Shown here: in pieces, positions 13,556 through 28,000 of the stretch
Layout: each line of letters begins with the position of its first letter
How positions within the stretch are numbered: position 1 is the first letter of the stretch
Origin: Chiloscyllium plagiosum
Lineage: Eukaryota
NCBI RefSeq assembly: GCF_004010195.1
Contig: NC_057718.1
Location: 61,897,318-61,961,317, forward strand
Length of the DNA: 64,000 nucleotides
Direction: 5' to 3'
Position numbers and translations under genes: made by a program
The notes under the pieces: generated by a model
What the model was told of the DNA's origin: nothing
Databases searched by the model: none
What the model saw: the letters and a program-made list of their open reading frames with translations, nothing else

Positions 13556-16500
13556 TGGATTACCATGAATCTATATGGAGGGAGGCAAAAAAAAACTCTA
13601 GTAATACCTCCCACGTCAGAGTTATATACAGAATTCCATTTGTTCAACAAAAGTTAGCTCACAGAACTCAACATGCTTAAAAGCAAATCATCACTTGCCA
13701 TCTGTGCTGCAGATTGTACATTTTCTTCAAGGATCTGGAATGGATATTATACTCGAGGTTTATAAAATGGTAACAAGATGGATTTCTAGCATTTCAAAAA
13801 CCACCAAAGTAGAGAGCATGCATTCTGTTTCTCAAATTCCCCCTCTCCAAGTGCTAGCAATCTCCAACATACACTGATGGAGGTGGTAGAGTGGGGGTGA
13901 GGGCTGTCTCTTAGTGTTGTGATCAATTTGCACAGCATTCTGTACGGGTGGTTCACCACAGTCCCCAGACATCAAGCACCTGAGAAATTGTAAACAGGCT
14001 TGATCATAGCCCTGGATAAAAAAAGCAAAACAAAGTGGAATCTTGTTCTGTGCAATAGATCAAGATCAAACAAAAGGCTTGTGTCTAACTACACTCACAG
14101 TTACAAGAAATGGTTACATATGCTTGGTAAGTGCAGGAGTGGGCACTTGGTAACAATTTTCACTTTCTCCAAATTACTTTGTACTGGGGTGGCACAACCC
14201 TCCAAAAAACGGATTTCAAATAGAGCAGAGTTCAAAATTCTGAGGCTGGACTGACTTTCAGGAAAGTCCTCGACTGGTCAGGCACAATGAAACTCTGGTT
14301 AAACAGATTAAACTGGGACCCTTGGGCAAGGAGAGAAGATACGAGTGCCTTCCTTACTGCTCAAGAACACCTCCTGGTGGATGAACCAAAGCGCAGAGCT
14401 GCCTGAATTCACAGCCAAACCAATTAGCCAAACGTCACTCTAGATACGGGTTGATTGTACAAAAAAAGTGTAATTGTAAGAACAGTATGCTTAACACAGC
14501 TCTCTGCATCTTTAGTGAAATGTGATCAGACATAAAGTTAACATAATAAAAAGTGAACAGTAGTACTGACAGTGAGACAAAAACAGAAAAAGTGAAACAG
14601 AAAGTATAAATTCATTAAAATATTGGCAGATTTCCCATGGCAAACTCATAGTATGTAGGATGATATGTTGTTTTTTTTTTAAACACAAGTGTTGCATAAT
14701 CTAGCACAGAACAACCAGGAAATTCCTCGAAATAAAATGGCAAAACTCTGCAGCTGAGCTCCCCATCAACTCTAAAAAAGTTGTATAAACCTGTTTTATG
14801 TCAGTTTTATGCTAACCATCATTCAGTTTCTCAAACATTTACAAATTTCCAAATTAGACCCAGACTACAGGTATTAGCATAACACCATTGTGCAAAAAGA
14901 CTAGAGAATGCACATTACTTGTACTAACAGCAGTTCTGAAAATGTGTAAATTTACACCCATAATTTACAGCATAAAGTCCAAGTCAATATATCTAGTGTT
15001 TTGTAGCAATTTATTTCAGCAATTTTGTTTTTATTTCTTGTCACTATTTTCTATGGCATCATGATCTGTTGCATCAAAAAGAGGAACATCTTCTCAAGTG
15101 TATTTGCATAAAAATTGTTGAGCCTAGTCTGTATAAATGATGGTTTAATATTTTCAAACTACAAGGGTTAAACGTCCCTCTCTGTTAAGATAGCAACGGA
15201 AGGTGCTTTAGTAGGGTGTGGGAGTGGCAGAGCAGCAGGGAGGAGCAATGCTATAATTGAGCAAAACGTTGGCCTGGAAAGGTATTCAATTATGTTTAGA
15301 TGAGAAGATCCATGGGTTACATTATTGACCTGTCCTTCTATTAGGGACCTTAGGTGGTCAATTAATGACTATTTAAGAGCATAAACTTGCCAGCCTCCTG
15401 TTTTAAAACCACCCTGTGGTTTTAAAGAGGCTTTTCTCCCCAAATGGAAAATCAAGGCAACGGCTTGTTGCATAGGGGGCACTGCCAATTACTCCCATCT
15501 GAAAGCAACTATGGGCATCTAGGAAGTGCCACTGAAAGCTACTCCATACCTTACCTCCCATTCCTTACCTTCCTCTTCCCACAAACTTCACTCCCTGACA
15601 AGAAGATTTAAAAAAGACAACTTCTCACACTGAGTAGGCCTCTAGCAGCAGTCTTCAGACTCCAAAGTCACCACCCCTTGAGCTCCTAGTGAACTGACCA
15701 GCATGCAATCCGATGACTTCCTTTGGAAGCAGGGAGGGTGTTGAGTCCCTGCCTAACACAATCTCACCCACACGTAGTCCCTGAAAGAGTCAATTCCAGT
15801 CTAATTTTTGTTCCATCATCAAAATAAGAGGAACTTAAAAGAACATCATATATTTCATGCCTTTCTCAGAGATCAATTATTAACCCAAATTTTCACTTTC
15901 TGTGATTTGCCAAGTCAGCTGCACAGAAAATTCCTATCAGCAGGATTGGTTGCAAACCTAAGCTTAATAGTTGCTAAAGCTACTCTAGGCCATTTTATCA
16001 CTTTGCTTGCAAGGTGCAAATGTCCTTTTAAAGCCATAAATTCAAAATTATTCACAAAACAGAATCTCAAGGCATTGATAGTTCAATTGTTGTTTGTTCA
16101 GGGAATTCTGCAAATTGGAAAATGACTATGTAGAATGAGATTTGAGAATACGAATAGTGCCTGATCACACATGCATGCAACCAGTGTCTATCTTTGGCTC
16201 AAAAAAAAATCTTCCAGAACATATTAAAGAACTAAGCAATGATGAAAAATGAAAAATAGCCATAATCAAACTGCCAAACAGAAAATAAGGGTATTCACCC
16301 TTGCATAATCATGCAGTTAACAGCTATACAGTACATGAAAGCAAAGATCATGAATAGATGCAGTGTACAAAATGGAAAACAATTAAAATACTGCAAAATG
16401 CTGTTTCAAAATATAATAAAAATGGCCCCACAGTAAAAATACAAAGCAATTATATTTATGCAGACAGATGACAGCACTTATACCATAAATAACATCAAAG

Positions 16501-19500
16501 AACAAATCAGTGGGCTAAAAATCTTAGGGCAAAGGTTTGTAACAGGCATATGACCACAAATATAAAATTCCATTTTGAGCTGCAAAAAAGATTCCAAACA
16601 TGAAAGTGTATGAAGACATACAATTGTTGCCTTGATATTTGTATAAGTTTAAAGATATGCTCATGAAATGTATAATTATTAAAATTAATTTTGCTGTGCT
16701 GGGAATTTATTTTTAAGAATGTTTTCTCAATCATGGATGTATGCAAAGATGGTAGTAAAAAACTATTTGACTGATTTTGAATCGTTCTTACATTTACAGA
16801 CAGTTTCCTTTATTGATAATGAGTCAGCCCGGTTTCTCTGCATTTCAGTTTTTATGTTCCTTTCCTCTTTCATAATAGTTTATGCTCATTTATGAATGCA
16901 AAATATAAGCCAATTAACTTAGAACTTTGATTAAGCATTTCTGATATCCAAAACATAGTTAGGACCACCTAAACATGATGGACAAAATTCTACATGAAAT
17001 ATTTTAATGTAAAATCTTGCCAGGTGTGGTTCTTTACTAGAGTAAATAAACACCAAAGGGCATAGAGAGACCAGCATTCTTTTAATCAGTAAAGTGTCCA
17101 TCACAATAAAGCATATTGATCATGCAGAATTGGTGCACAGAATGTTGATTATAAATGGTAGCACTTAAGAGTGTATGAAATTGTGTTTTAAGAATTATAA
17201 CTCTGAACTTTAAAAATTAGCTCATTTGACTTTATTTTGCTGGAAAGTCAGCTACCCAAAACAATAATTCACAACCCAGAAGAAAGAATTTCCACTTATT
17301 CAAAAATAAAAACACAAATTCTCTAAAGAACTGGGAATTAAAATATAACGGTTATGTCTCCAAAAGCAACAAATTCCATTAGATTCAAATGAGAATGTTC
17401 CTCCCGAGTTTATAAAAATTGATGCTAGTCAACTATCTAAACAATCAAATGTCTCAAAGTACTTAAGGCAACACACATTTTAAACTTTAGGGTCTGCTAA
17501 GAAAGCAACGATACAATGTTAGTTGTGCAGAGAGGGAACTGAAGAAAGAATAAATAAATCAGTAAAACTTGTTCATGCTGTATTCCTACTGAGTAGTTCA
17601 GAGAGCAACAATGGGTCAATCTTGAGGTGGGTTACTCTCTCCACAGCTGGCTTTCTGTAAAAAGTACGTAAACATGATGCAGTGGAACCTGACAGACTAG
17701 TGATTGTCAGGGACAATACACAAGAATCAAGATGAGAATTAAAAATAACTCAGAAGCATAAATCAGAAAACAGTGAAGTAAAATGTCATGCTCTTCATGT
17801 CCAATCTCAGATCACAGAGTCTGGGAGAGCAAAGATTTAACTTCTATGATGAAAGATCTCCCACCACCTTCCCCAACCCATATTTATTTTGTACATCATG
17901 ATGTGTAGGTAATTTGAGTTTCTTTTTTTAAAAAATGGCCTCAATTTTTGCCAATTGCAATGTCATCCTCAGAGTTTGCCATGTTCTAATCCCTTATTCC
18001 CACTCCTTTCTTTGCCGGTTCCATGCCATTTTCGACTTTGAAAATTCTAACAAGCCTATATTTAATTCTGTTCAGTAAACTGTAAACCTTTCTCTTTCTT
18101 GTTCCCAAACCATCTAGACATCTAAAGCATGAATGAACTCTGCACCATCAGCATAACTCATGCAGTGACAGCCATTTAAATAATAGTGGGACTGTCAGGG
18201 GTGCTTGTGTGAACTCTGGCTCTCCACCAAGGAGGCTAGACAGACAGAATGGCTAAGAAACAGCACCAGCAATGTTTTGATTCAAACATTGATATTGAAG
18301 ATAGAGTCAGTACCAAAGCTGATAGGAGAACTGAAGATATCCAAGTACCATTGGTTTCGGTAGATTCAGTTAGAGATAGAAGTCTAGAACTTAGTAAAAC
18401 ATATTGTTTGGAAGTCCAGGGCAATTTTGTCTTTTTAACTTAAATGTATTAATGAAATGCTATAATTGTTAAAGATTTGTGATGGTGGTTTTAGCAAGTG
18501 TTGATAGATGAAGTGGAGGCAACAATTTCGGCTTGGGGTTCCTCAACTCTCTTTTAGGCGGTCAATAGGATTCAGGACATACACTCTATACTTTCAGGTG
18601 AAACTGTATATTATTTAGGCTTCACCAAAGCTCTTGAATTTAATTTTGAATTGCCACCAAGCTTGGTGGTCAGAGATGCATTAATTACCCTCCACTCTGT
18701 CTCATATCAGTAGGTTCTTCAGTATTCATGATAGGAGTTCCACAATTCTAAGCAAGTAATATAGACTTAAACATCCTCCCTGGCTTTTAATGAGTTTTAC
18801 TAGTTTAGAGATTGGCAGCCACAGAAACTACTATGGATCAGGAGGCCACCTTCATTTATCATCACCACGAATCACACTGTCCAGTTGCAAACAAAATATG
18901 CCATAGTAAACATAATCCATACATCACTTTCTGACATCAGTGACCCCATTAGAGAGCTATGGCTGGACTAGTGGAAGCATCCTACTGTACATTAACAATA
19001 AAACACCTGAAACATTTTGAAATCTTTATAATGTATTTCAAAAGACAGCATGCTTTGCTTCAAATAATTTCATTCAGTGCTTTCAGACCCTATAGGTGTG
19101 TTGTTTTTAGTTGAAAGCTTTTCAGACTGGCTGCACTGGAGGAATGTGCCTGTTTACTGTGAAATAGAAACCAAGCTAACATAAAGCCTGCAGCATGGGC
19201 GGCAATTTAATGAAAGCTCATGAGTGCTGTCCAGGTGCTCTTCACATCAAAGTCGTTTTTTTCTTGGTTGGAAATAAGGAGTTCATCTTTTTCAACTAGG
19301 ATTTTCTGTAAAGTTGTTAGCAATCATTCTAATATTTTCACAATGCAAGGGACATTAATGAGCAAATAAATAGCTCAGTGAGCGCAGTTACAGCAATTAA
19401 GATCACTGGAGTATAAAAATGTACAGGTTTCTACATAGGTGTAAAAGACAACCCAGCACCAATTATAAATTGACAGAAGAATTTTGATGATCAAGAAAAC

Positions 19501-22051
19501 ATTTAAATAATGTAATTTGTAATATTAACATCACTATAGCGCCACCATTATGTCTGTTTCTGATGTGATAGCATTGATTGTTCAGCAAATAAGCTGCTAG
19601 GCAGAATAAGATTTGACTGCACGTGTTTTCCAAGCCACAGTAAACAAATTTTATGCCTGCACTTAGCCTCTTCAACAACTACCCATGACTTAATGCACTT
19701 AAATTTCAAATTGATCTTTTAAAAAATAAATGAACAATTTAATCTTGTGAAAAGTTTCTCTCTTGGATTAAGGAATTTTTAGCTATGCATTCCTAGCTGG
19801 GTTTAAGAAAGGATTGAGGAATTTTATTGGTGATCACATTTCAACCTCCAAAGGCTATTTGGGGACCTGCAAATTCCCTTCACACTCAATAGTAATGTAT
19901 GTCCAAACTTCTCAAAAGAAACAAAACTACATAAATACATTTACGTTTTTAAAATTACTTAACGCCTACAAATCAAAGATAGGTATATCCTCAATTGGGC
20001 CCCAGGCCGTGTATTACAAAACTGTGCCAGTCTGACTTAAAATCTAGTATGCATGCATTCATACCGCCTTGAAGATGTTTAAAAAAAAGCTGACATCTTC
20101 TGTCATCTGGAAATAGAACACAAAATGACAGTGGCAAGTTGGAAATACAGGAGCCCTTTAAATAGCAGCAAAACCTTCAGTTTAAAGTTTGAGCAGTGAG
20201 GCATCAAGTTAGCTTTCCTTCTTTTCCCCCCCAACAAAGAGCAAAAAAAGTTAAGTACTTTGATATCTTGTAAAGTTTTTCTTTAAACTCACCATTTGGC
20301 AGATTTTTTTTTCTCCCCAGAAACAAATGCATTTCATTTTAAGGGGAAAGTTTAATTGAACATAACATCAAAAATCCATCTTTACTTAAAAACCCTAAAG
20401 GGTCAATCACAAGCAGATGCTCACAATTCAAGATCTGAACATCATGTGTGGTCATTTGAGATAATGCAAGTCTGAATTTTGTCCACTGCTTTATTGTTTT
20501 CAATATAAGCTTTGTGTCATCACTCAATGAAACATTTTGTAATGTTTCATTGCAGTTGCGTCACAAAAAAAATTAAAGGTGTAGACACAAACATTTCCAG
20601 TGAGTTCCTTCTTTCAATTAGCAGGGGAGAGAAGAGTTAGTGGCAAGGCTAAAATGTTACTTTATTGCAGCTCTCCATATCCACCTGAACAATCTCCTGA
20701 AGTGAGACTTTTGATCAGTCTTGTTCATCTTGATGCCACTGAAAATTTGAGATATGGTTATACTTAGAGTTTCTGACAGGAGATTCAACTCCAGAACAAA
20801 TATAGCCTCACTACAAACAACATCTGAGGTATTCCAACAATGGGCCACGTCCTTATGATGAGTTACACCAATGATTTTTAAAACTGGTTTTTAAATTAAA
20901 AACCAATAAGACAGCAGAAACCAGTTCCTACCTCCCATTAAACACTGATCCAAGACAAATTCGTTTATTATTTTTGGGAGAATCAATGTGAATAGTTTAA
21001 ATTAAGGGTTATAAATGGGAGTACATGCTGTCCATGTGAGGCAGTATACCCTCGACACTACTAACCACTCTCAAATGATATTATAAAGTATTATTCGTAA
21101 AAGAAGCCTAATACTAATTCAAATGCTTTCTTTAAAGGAAAGTAACAAGTGAGTAATAGGTATAAATAAACCCCAAGATCAATTCAGAAATACAGAATTA
21201 TCCACATCGCAAAAGCTGTGGCTCAATAATGATGACATCGATCATGTGGAATACTGCATCATGGTTTTTGGGGCAAAAGAAAGAAGCGGTCTTTAGTATA
21301 AATATTTTAAAACCACAGCTTCAGAAGAACTGTCAGTTGCATGTTGGTGTATTGATTAGATTTTTGGTTGTGAACCTGAGGCATTTCCTTCAATTCTTAG
21401 CAGCATGTTAGGGTTGATCAGAGAACTCAAATGTATAAAACCAAAAACAAAATTTCCATGAAGCAAGGATTGATATCATGGAAGTGTGGCTCCCACCTAC
21501 ACACCAAAAGTAAACTGCAATAAAAACCCTCAATGTCTGAAGGTACTCATAAATTATAGAAGAACAGTGTTAAGATTTTGAGAGTTTTTTTTTTAAGGGA
21601 TGACCTACAGCAGGCATGATGCATAGTGACAGAAATAAAATGCTGAAGCTCTTTGTGCTGGGAGCTCACCATCGAGTACCAGAGTAGTTAGCACTCAAAG
21701 TACTGTAAATTATCACTAGTCATGGCCATTGATTTTCTGTGCATTATTTCCTTGGGATTTAAGGAACAGTGCAGCAGTGCTAACACCTTATCAGCAGATC
21801 CATATCCTGCTCATGAAACTGTGCTCTAGACGTCAGTGCTGGCTGCTTTAAGTTATTTTTTCACCCCATTCCTTTCAGTCTTGTGTCCACATTTACAAAG
21901 CATTGTTTTGTCCTAGTAACCCCTCTCCCTTTGCTATCACATTGTGTTTCTATACGCGTGGTTTAGGTTTGTAGATGATTTCTATAGAGGCAAGTTCAAC
22001 CTCACCCATTTGCAAAGACTCTCAATTTAATTTACTTCCACAAATACCAAA

Positions 22052-22055
<4 letters not shown>

Positions 22056-22083
<28 letters not shown>
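22056..22083. repeat. (CT)n microsatellite
   Basis: Direct reading. Confidence 0.9.
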
Positions 22084-22086
<3 letters not shown>

Positions 22087-25000
22087 CCACCCACCCCCAC
22101 CCTTCTCCTACCCCCATTCAGAGCCCTCGGGTTACTGGCATTATCACAAGTTTTTACAATGTAAGCCAGGAAAGGCGATAAGAGCACGCCCGCCCGCAAG
22201 GCCAGGCAGACCAGTCTCAACTGGTTCTAAGATAAAAATTGAGCTGTGTCGTTTTTCGCTCCCCCCTCAGCCAAATGACCCAGAAGCATTAATGTACTGT
22301 CAGCAGGTAAAGAAAAAAAACTGTTCAGAGTATGACACTTGCATCAAAAGTCTGGATCTAAGCCAAGTTCATCTGTTAATGGACAGCCATCAACAGCTCC
22401 CCCTCACCCACCCCATTCCTCTCCACTCTCCTACCCCATCCCCCTACCTCTACCTCCCACACCCACCCTGCCAGTCTACTATACTCTTCTACCTCTCAGC
22501 TCCTAAAAGCTAGACATAGATTATGTCTGCCTTTCCCTTTCTATTCGGGATAAACAAAGTGCTTCAAGTTCAGGGCACACCCTGGGACCTATGACAAAGC
22601 AATCTATCATTCTGTCTGCTAAACCAGTCTGGCTGCACCAAGGCTAAAGAGACTAATGGTTCAAATGTACAATTTCCCTTTGTGCTGCTGCCCCTGTGCT
22701 GCTAACCCCTTTTCTTTACTGTCTTCAGACGAGCAGATGTGCTTGACCGCTCTGCATAAGCCCCTCCCGGCCAAGTTAGGTTTAATAAAAAGCTGGAGGA
22801 GGAAAAACACAAAGCTATATTAAATGAAAAGAAATTGAACAGTTCCTCTTTCCTTCTTTGAAATGTAAAATAAAAGCCCATCGCTAATGAAGAAAAGTAA
22901 ATTGTATGTAACAAATTTGGAAAGCTGCTACTAGCGATCCGGAGAAGAACATAATAGAGGAAAATCTAATTGTTGAATTTAGGATGAGCTCACTTACTTC
23001 TTGTTTTAATTTATGAAAAACAGCGCAAGTTTGGAAAGCATTTCACCTACTGATGCTTACCTTGCCAGACTAAACTTTTGGCATTCTATCTCTTCTGTGT
23101 TCTTAAAACCCTTCACTCCTTTTCTAGTATCACACGCCCCTAATTCTGCTTGTCTCTGTCTACATTAGAGACTTTAAACTACTTCATTCTCCTCTTGATC
23201 ACTTGTATCTGTGCACGTTTAGGACCGCATCAGGTTCAGATTGATCTTTAATAAATCTACTCTGGGGTGGTTATTTTAGATAAACCATATTCTGTGCTCA
23301 TGTGCACAGATTGGTTCATTAACAGCTCATGCAGTGAGCTGAATCCATTCACGTCTGCACAGGGAAACCAATTCATATTGATCTGAACTAGGGAAATTAC
23401 CATAGGGAGCATATAGCCGAACAGGTCGGACTCAAGCTGTCAATAAGCTGATTTATTAAAGACCGATTCAAACCGATGTCGTTATACAAGCAGTCCTTGA
23501 GCAGCGACACCCATCGACTCTCCCAGCCTTATGCTGTTTGTACTACCAGCATGTAAAGTGGACTCATCAAGACTAAAAATTAACCAGCAGATATCAAATC
23601 CAATCCTTAAGGAGTAGCCATGCAACTCACAACTACTATATTGTTTATAAACATACAAGTTCATTTGCTGGATTTTATTCAGTCCAAATTTCTTGTAAGA
23701 GAAGTCACATTTCAGCAATACACAGGAATGAACAACACTCAGTTTACTCAGCACAAGCCAGTTTCCCTTAAAATAAGAAATAGCAACCACAAGAGTAGAA
23801 ATAACAATTAAAAACAGTTTAATAACAACCAGAACAATATATTAGATTTAACAAAAGCAGATAACCAATTCTGACAAGAGACAGTATTTCCAAATTAATA
23901 CATTATACTGCACGGGAAGCTGGTCAGAAAGAAGTTATTTTCAATGCTTGCACTCTGAACAATTACTGTTCAATCCAGACAAGAGCCACAGATTTGACAC
24001 TGGTATTAATTTGAACAGAATTTCCACTATTTGGAATGAAGCCTTTTGACATCCGAAATCCTTAGTACAGAACTACATTATCCTTTACAGAACCTACAGT
24101 TCCTTAACTACAGCTCCTTTACCTCCTTTGATGCAAAGCTTATTTATAAACATAGCATTCTTTAAATCTCAAACTGCAGTAATAGAACAACACCAAAAGA
24201 TTATTTTTTTGAACTACATTTGATGAAATCTTACAACTTTTCAGAGCTGGATTGTCTCCAACAAACTCAGGCAATATGATACACTTAGCTCCTTTTTTAC
24301 TGCTATGCAGTGCAGCAATATTCAATAGCTTAAACAATTATATATGAATCTCCTACACATTAAAACATGTCACTACATTATTCGTGATCAGTGAGGGGAT
24401 GGGGAGCTTGTGATTTTCCTCCCTTCAAATTGCATTTTCTTCAAGTTGTAAGAATGATGGAATTTAATTTTGTGGCATTTTAACTATTTTGAAGCACAAA
24501 GAGGGAAAAATGTCAAAGCCACACTATTCTATTTGCTTTGCAGACACACAAAGGTGGAACAAGTAATATGACATGGAGCACCATGTTAATATTTTAACAT
24601 CACTGGACCTTTCATATCATCCACATGTCCCCTCCAGTTTTCATTCTTTTTGTTAAAAAAAAGAAAAATGTAAATCATCTAATATATTTCATCATATCTT
24701 ACTAAAGCAATTACATCAAGAAAATGATAGCACGTTTGGAATCAATTATGCATGCACTTGGATTGGGACCATAGGCTATGAAGTCAGATAGGGCTGCACA
24801 CACAGGAAAAAAAACCTGGAACTCACAGATGGACTCCATCAGTTCATCTTACTGTCTAAAAAGTTCATGCACTTAATAATTTATTTGTGTTCTGGATACT
24901 GTTTCTCCACTGAATATTAACAACTTTGAAGCGTGCTTTCAGTATAGCTGAAGTGGAAGAAAGCGGGCGGCTTGCAGCTTTTTGACTACAGCATCTTTGG

Positions 25001-28000
25001 GAAAAGAGCCACAGAGGCAGCTTTTGTGCTAATGCAGAAAACATGATCAAAAGTGATTAACAACAGCTTCATATGCAAATTACATTAATAAAGGAGTGCA
25101 AAGTCATCATGTAAATTAAATATGTCGAATCTCTTGGTGAACTTTCAATCTTAAGGAAAGAGGGAAAAAAACAGCACTGCTATAGTACATCATCAATTTT
25201 TCTAAATAGTCAAATCTTGGCGATACAAACAATTTTCACCTTTTTTTCTGCAGCATCCTGACAAGCTAGCCTGATGCGTGCCGAATGCACATGTTAATAG
25301 GCCAATCAAAAATGCAAAACAATTGGCAATTACAGCGAGGACCTAATGGTCATTAGAATTTACAACTAGGTAATGAACTAAAGTCTGCCCACACCATGCA
25401 TATTCATAAAGCAATTTAGCCTTTGAAGATTAAAGAAGTGCTTAAAATTCAAATGAGCTTTGCTAAATTATCAGCAAGATTCATCCAGAAAGCACAGGTT
25501 ATTCTAAGCCATTTCTTTTAGTTTTTTTCATGTAAAAATATTAGGACTGGTAGTCTGAGCTTTCTGCAAACAAGGATCATCAAACCAAAGCACAGGAACA
25601 ATAAAAAAAACAATTACACTGACTTCCACAGATTCTAACTTTCATTCAGAATCCTGACAAAATGTCTACAATGAGTCCGACACATACAGTATGTGTGGCA
25701 ATTAGCTTATTGGAAAGCTGCAGTAACAACCACATAAGATTGCAGTACAGATAGGAGAACAATCAGACTCCAACCATTGGGCATTAGATCACAGTAGCTC
25801 TCCAACAAAATGAATGAATCACAAATACATTATTCTAAATTTCCATTTGCATTAGGTGTGCAAAGCATGATGTCCATCTTCACCTCACACTTCAGTGTCT
25901 GGCACTTCTCAATACACATCCCTTAATTTTCTAAGAATAGTAAGAAAGATCACATGCTGCGCTAAAGAGGAGGCATGCAATAAGGTGAAGAGGTACTACA
26001 ATTTCAAAGGAAATAAAACTGCAAACTTTTCACAATTGTTCAACACGTAATTTGTGAACATACAAATATCTACACCCGATGACTGTGTTGCCCACTGGTG
26101 CTTTTTTCTCCCACAAGGAATCCATGTTGGAACTCCACAATCACCACACCCATAAACACAGGGGCTATGGAAATGAGAAGGGAATGACAATCACTACTCT
26201 GGCAAAATAACAGCAATCGTTTTTGAGCATTTCAAAACAAAACCAAGGAGTTACGACAACAAGACATTTGTGAGCATGCATTGTTCCAAACTATCTACCA
26301 CTCTTATACGTTAATAGTAAAAACAAGGCAATTTCATAAGGATAAGACCTTCTCATAGATTAACCTTTCATTGAAGAGAGTTGATTTCTTTATCTTTCCC
26401 ACTGCTAATTCTAAACAATTAAGTTCTCAGGTTACCCAATAATTATGGCTTTCCATGCTGGACCACATAATGATCAAATATACACAAAAAGAATCAGCTA
26501 TTTCAATTAGCATTTAGCATCAGGATTTAAGTAATTTTGAGAGCTGTTTTATAATACGGAATGAGAAAATCAGCTTCTCTTGTATTGTCTCCCCTCCTCC
26601 ACATACAGAGTAAGCCTGCAGGAGCTGTTTACTTGGATGATCAAATAATATTCTCCTCATTATTGAAACGATTCATCGACTTATTTGGATACTACATTAA
26701 ACTGTCATAAAAATGGCACAACTTCCCAGTTAAATGTGCGTTAAGAGTCTTACAGAATGTGTTAACGTCACGCTGAATGAGCCCCAGCTAATTGGCATCA
26801 TGTTTTCCAGCCAATACACATGACAGTTGCTTAGCTTAAGAAAATATATATACAAGATATATAGAATAATGATCAGAATGATTATTTTCAAATGTACTTT
26901 CAATTCAGGTATCTTCTGCCGAAAAAGATCTTACTGCTCAAACACACATGGACAGCATGATTAACACTGCTACCAACTTGCAATTTGGAAGGACAAAAAT
27001 TGGCAATATGCTAAAAATGATATTTTATTTACTGTTAGTCAATATTCATCATGTGATTATGAAACATTTCAGAAGAATTCTTTTTTCCTTTTTTTTTTGA
27101 AAAAAAAAGAGGGCTGTGCCCATTTCCCAAAAGATACCGTACACGGAGCTGCCAGTTCCAGCACAGAACAATATTACAGTGCACTCATGAATAACATTAA
27201 TATTACAGCATCACATCTCACAGGACATTTACATGATCCCATCTGAGCTCACACCTGAGGGCCACACTCATGCTTGATAATTGAGCTCTGATTGTAAAGG
27301 CAAATGAAGAACACTAAAACCCTGCTGGGATCTGGGTTGACCTCATCCACCCTGCACCTTGCTCTTTCCAGTGCCAAGGTGTCTCTGAGACACTGAATAA
27401 GAAACATGTCAAAACACTAGTGCCAAATCAATAACAGGAGAAAAAAAAATGATAAAATGAAAGGAAGCCATTGGGCCTGGTCAGCACTGCTGAACCAGTG
27501 TTCAATATGAAACCAATAAAGAGCATAAAGCAGAATACTTAAGATGCCCAGTGCTTTGAGCTTTTGGGAAGGAGATGGCGTGGTGCCAGGAAATGGCCGA
27601 CTAGGCACTAAATGCCTTTATTTCACAAAGCCCTGCCAGTTGGAATTCAAAAATTCAGAATGTAAATCATTCTCTGCTACATAATGCAATTTTGACAACT
27701 TTTTAAAACTGAATAATACATAAAATAAATTGACATATTTTTATATTGCATCATTTAGCTAATTACAACAAAGGAATGGAGTGCGTACGCCCCTGGCTAG
27801 GATGGTATTCTAAAACAGAGGCTGATTACCCTGGTTAACAAACAATGTACCACATTAGAAAATCAGATTACTTCTAATATTTAGAAAGCTGAAAATACAC
27901 TAGAACTCTCATCTAACTTGATTTATCAAAGTAAACCACAATCTATCGTTAAGTAAGTTCAATAAAAGAAGCACAATGTTTATTTGTTATGTCATTGCAG

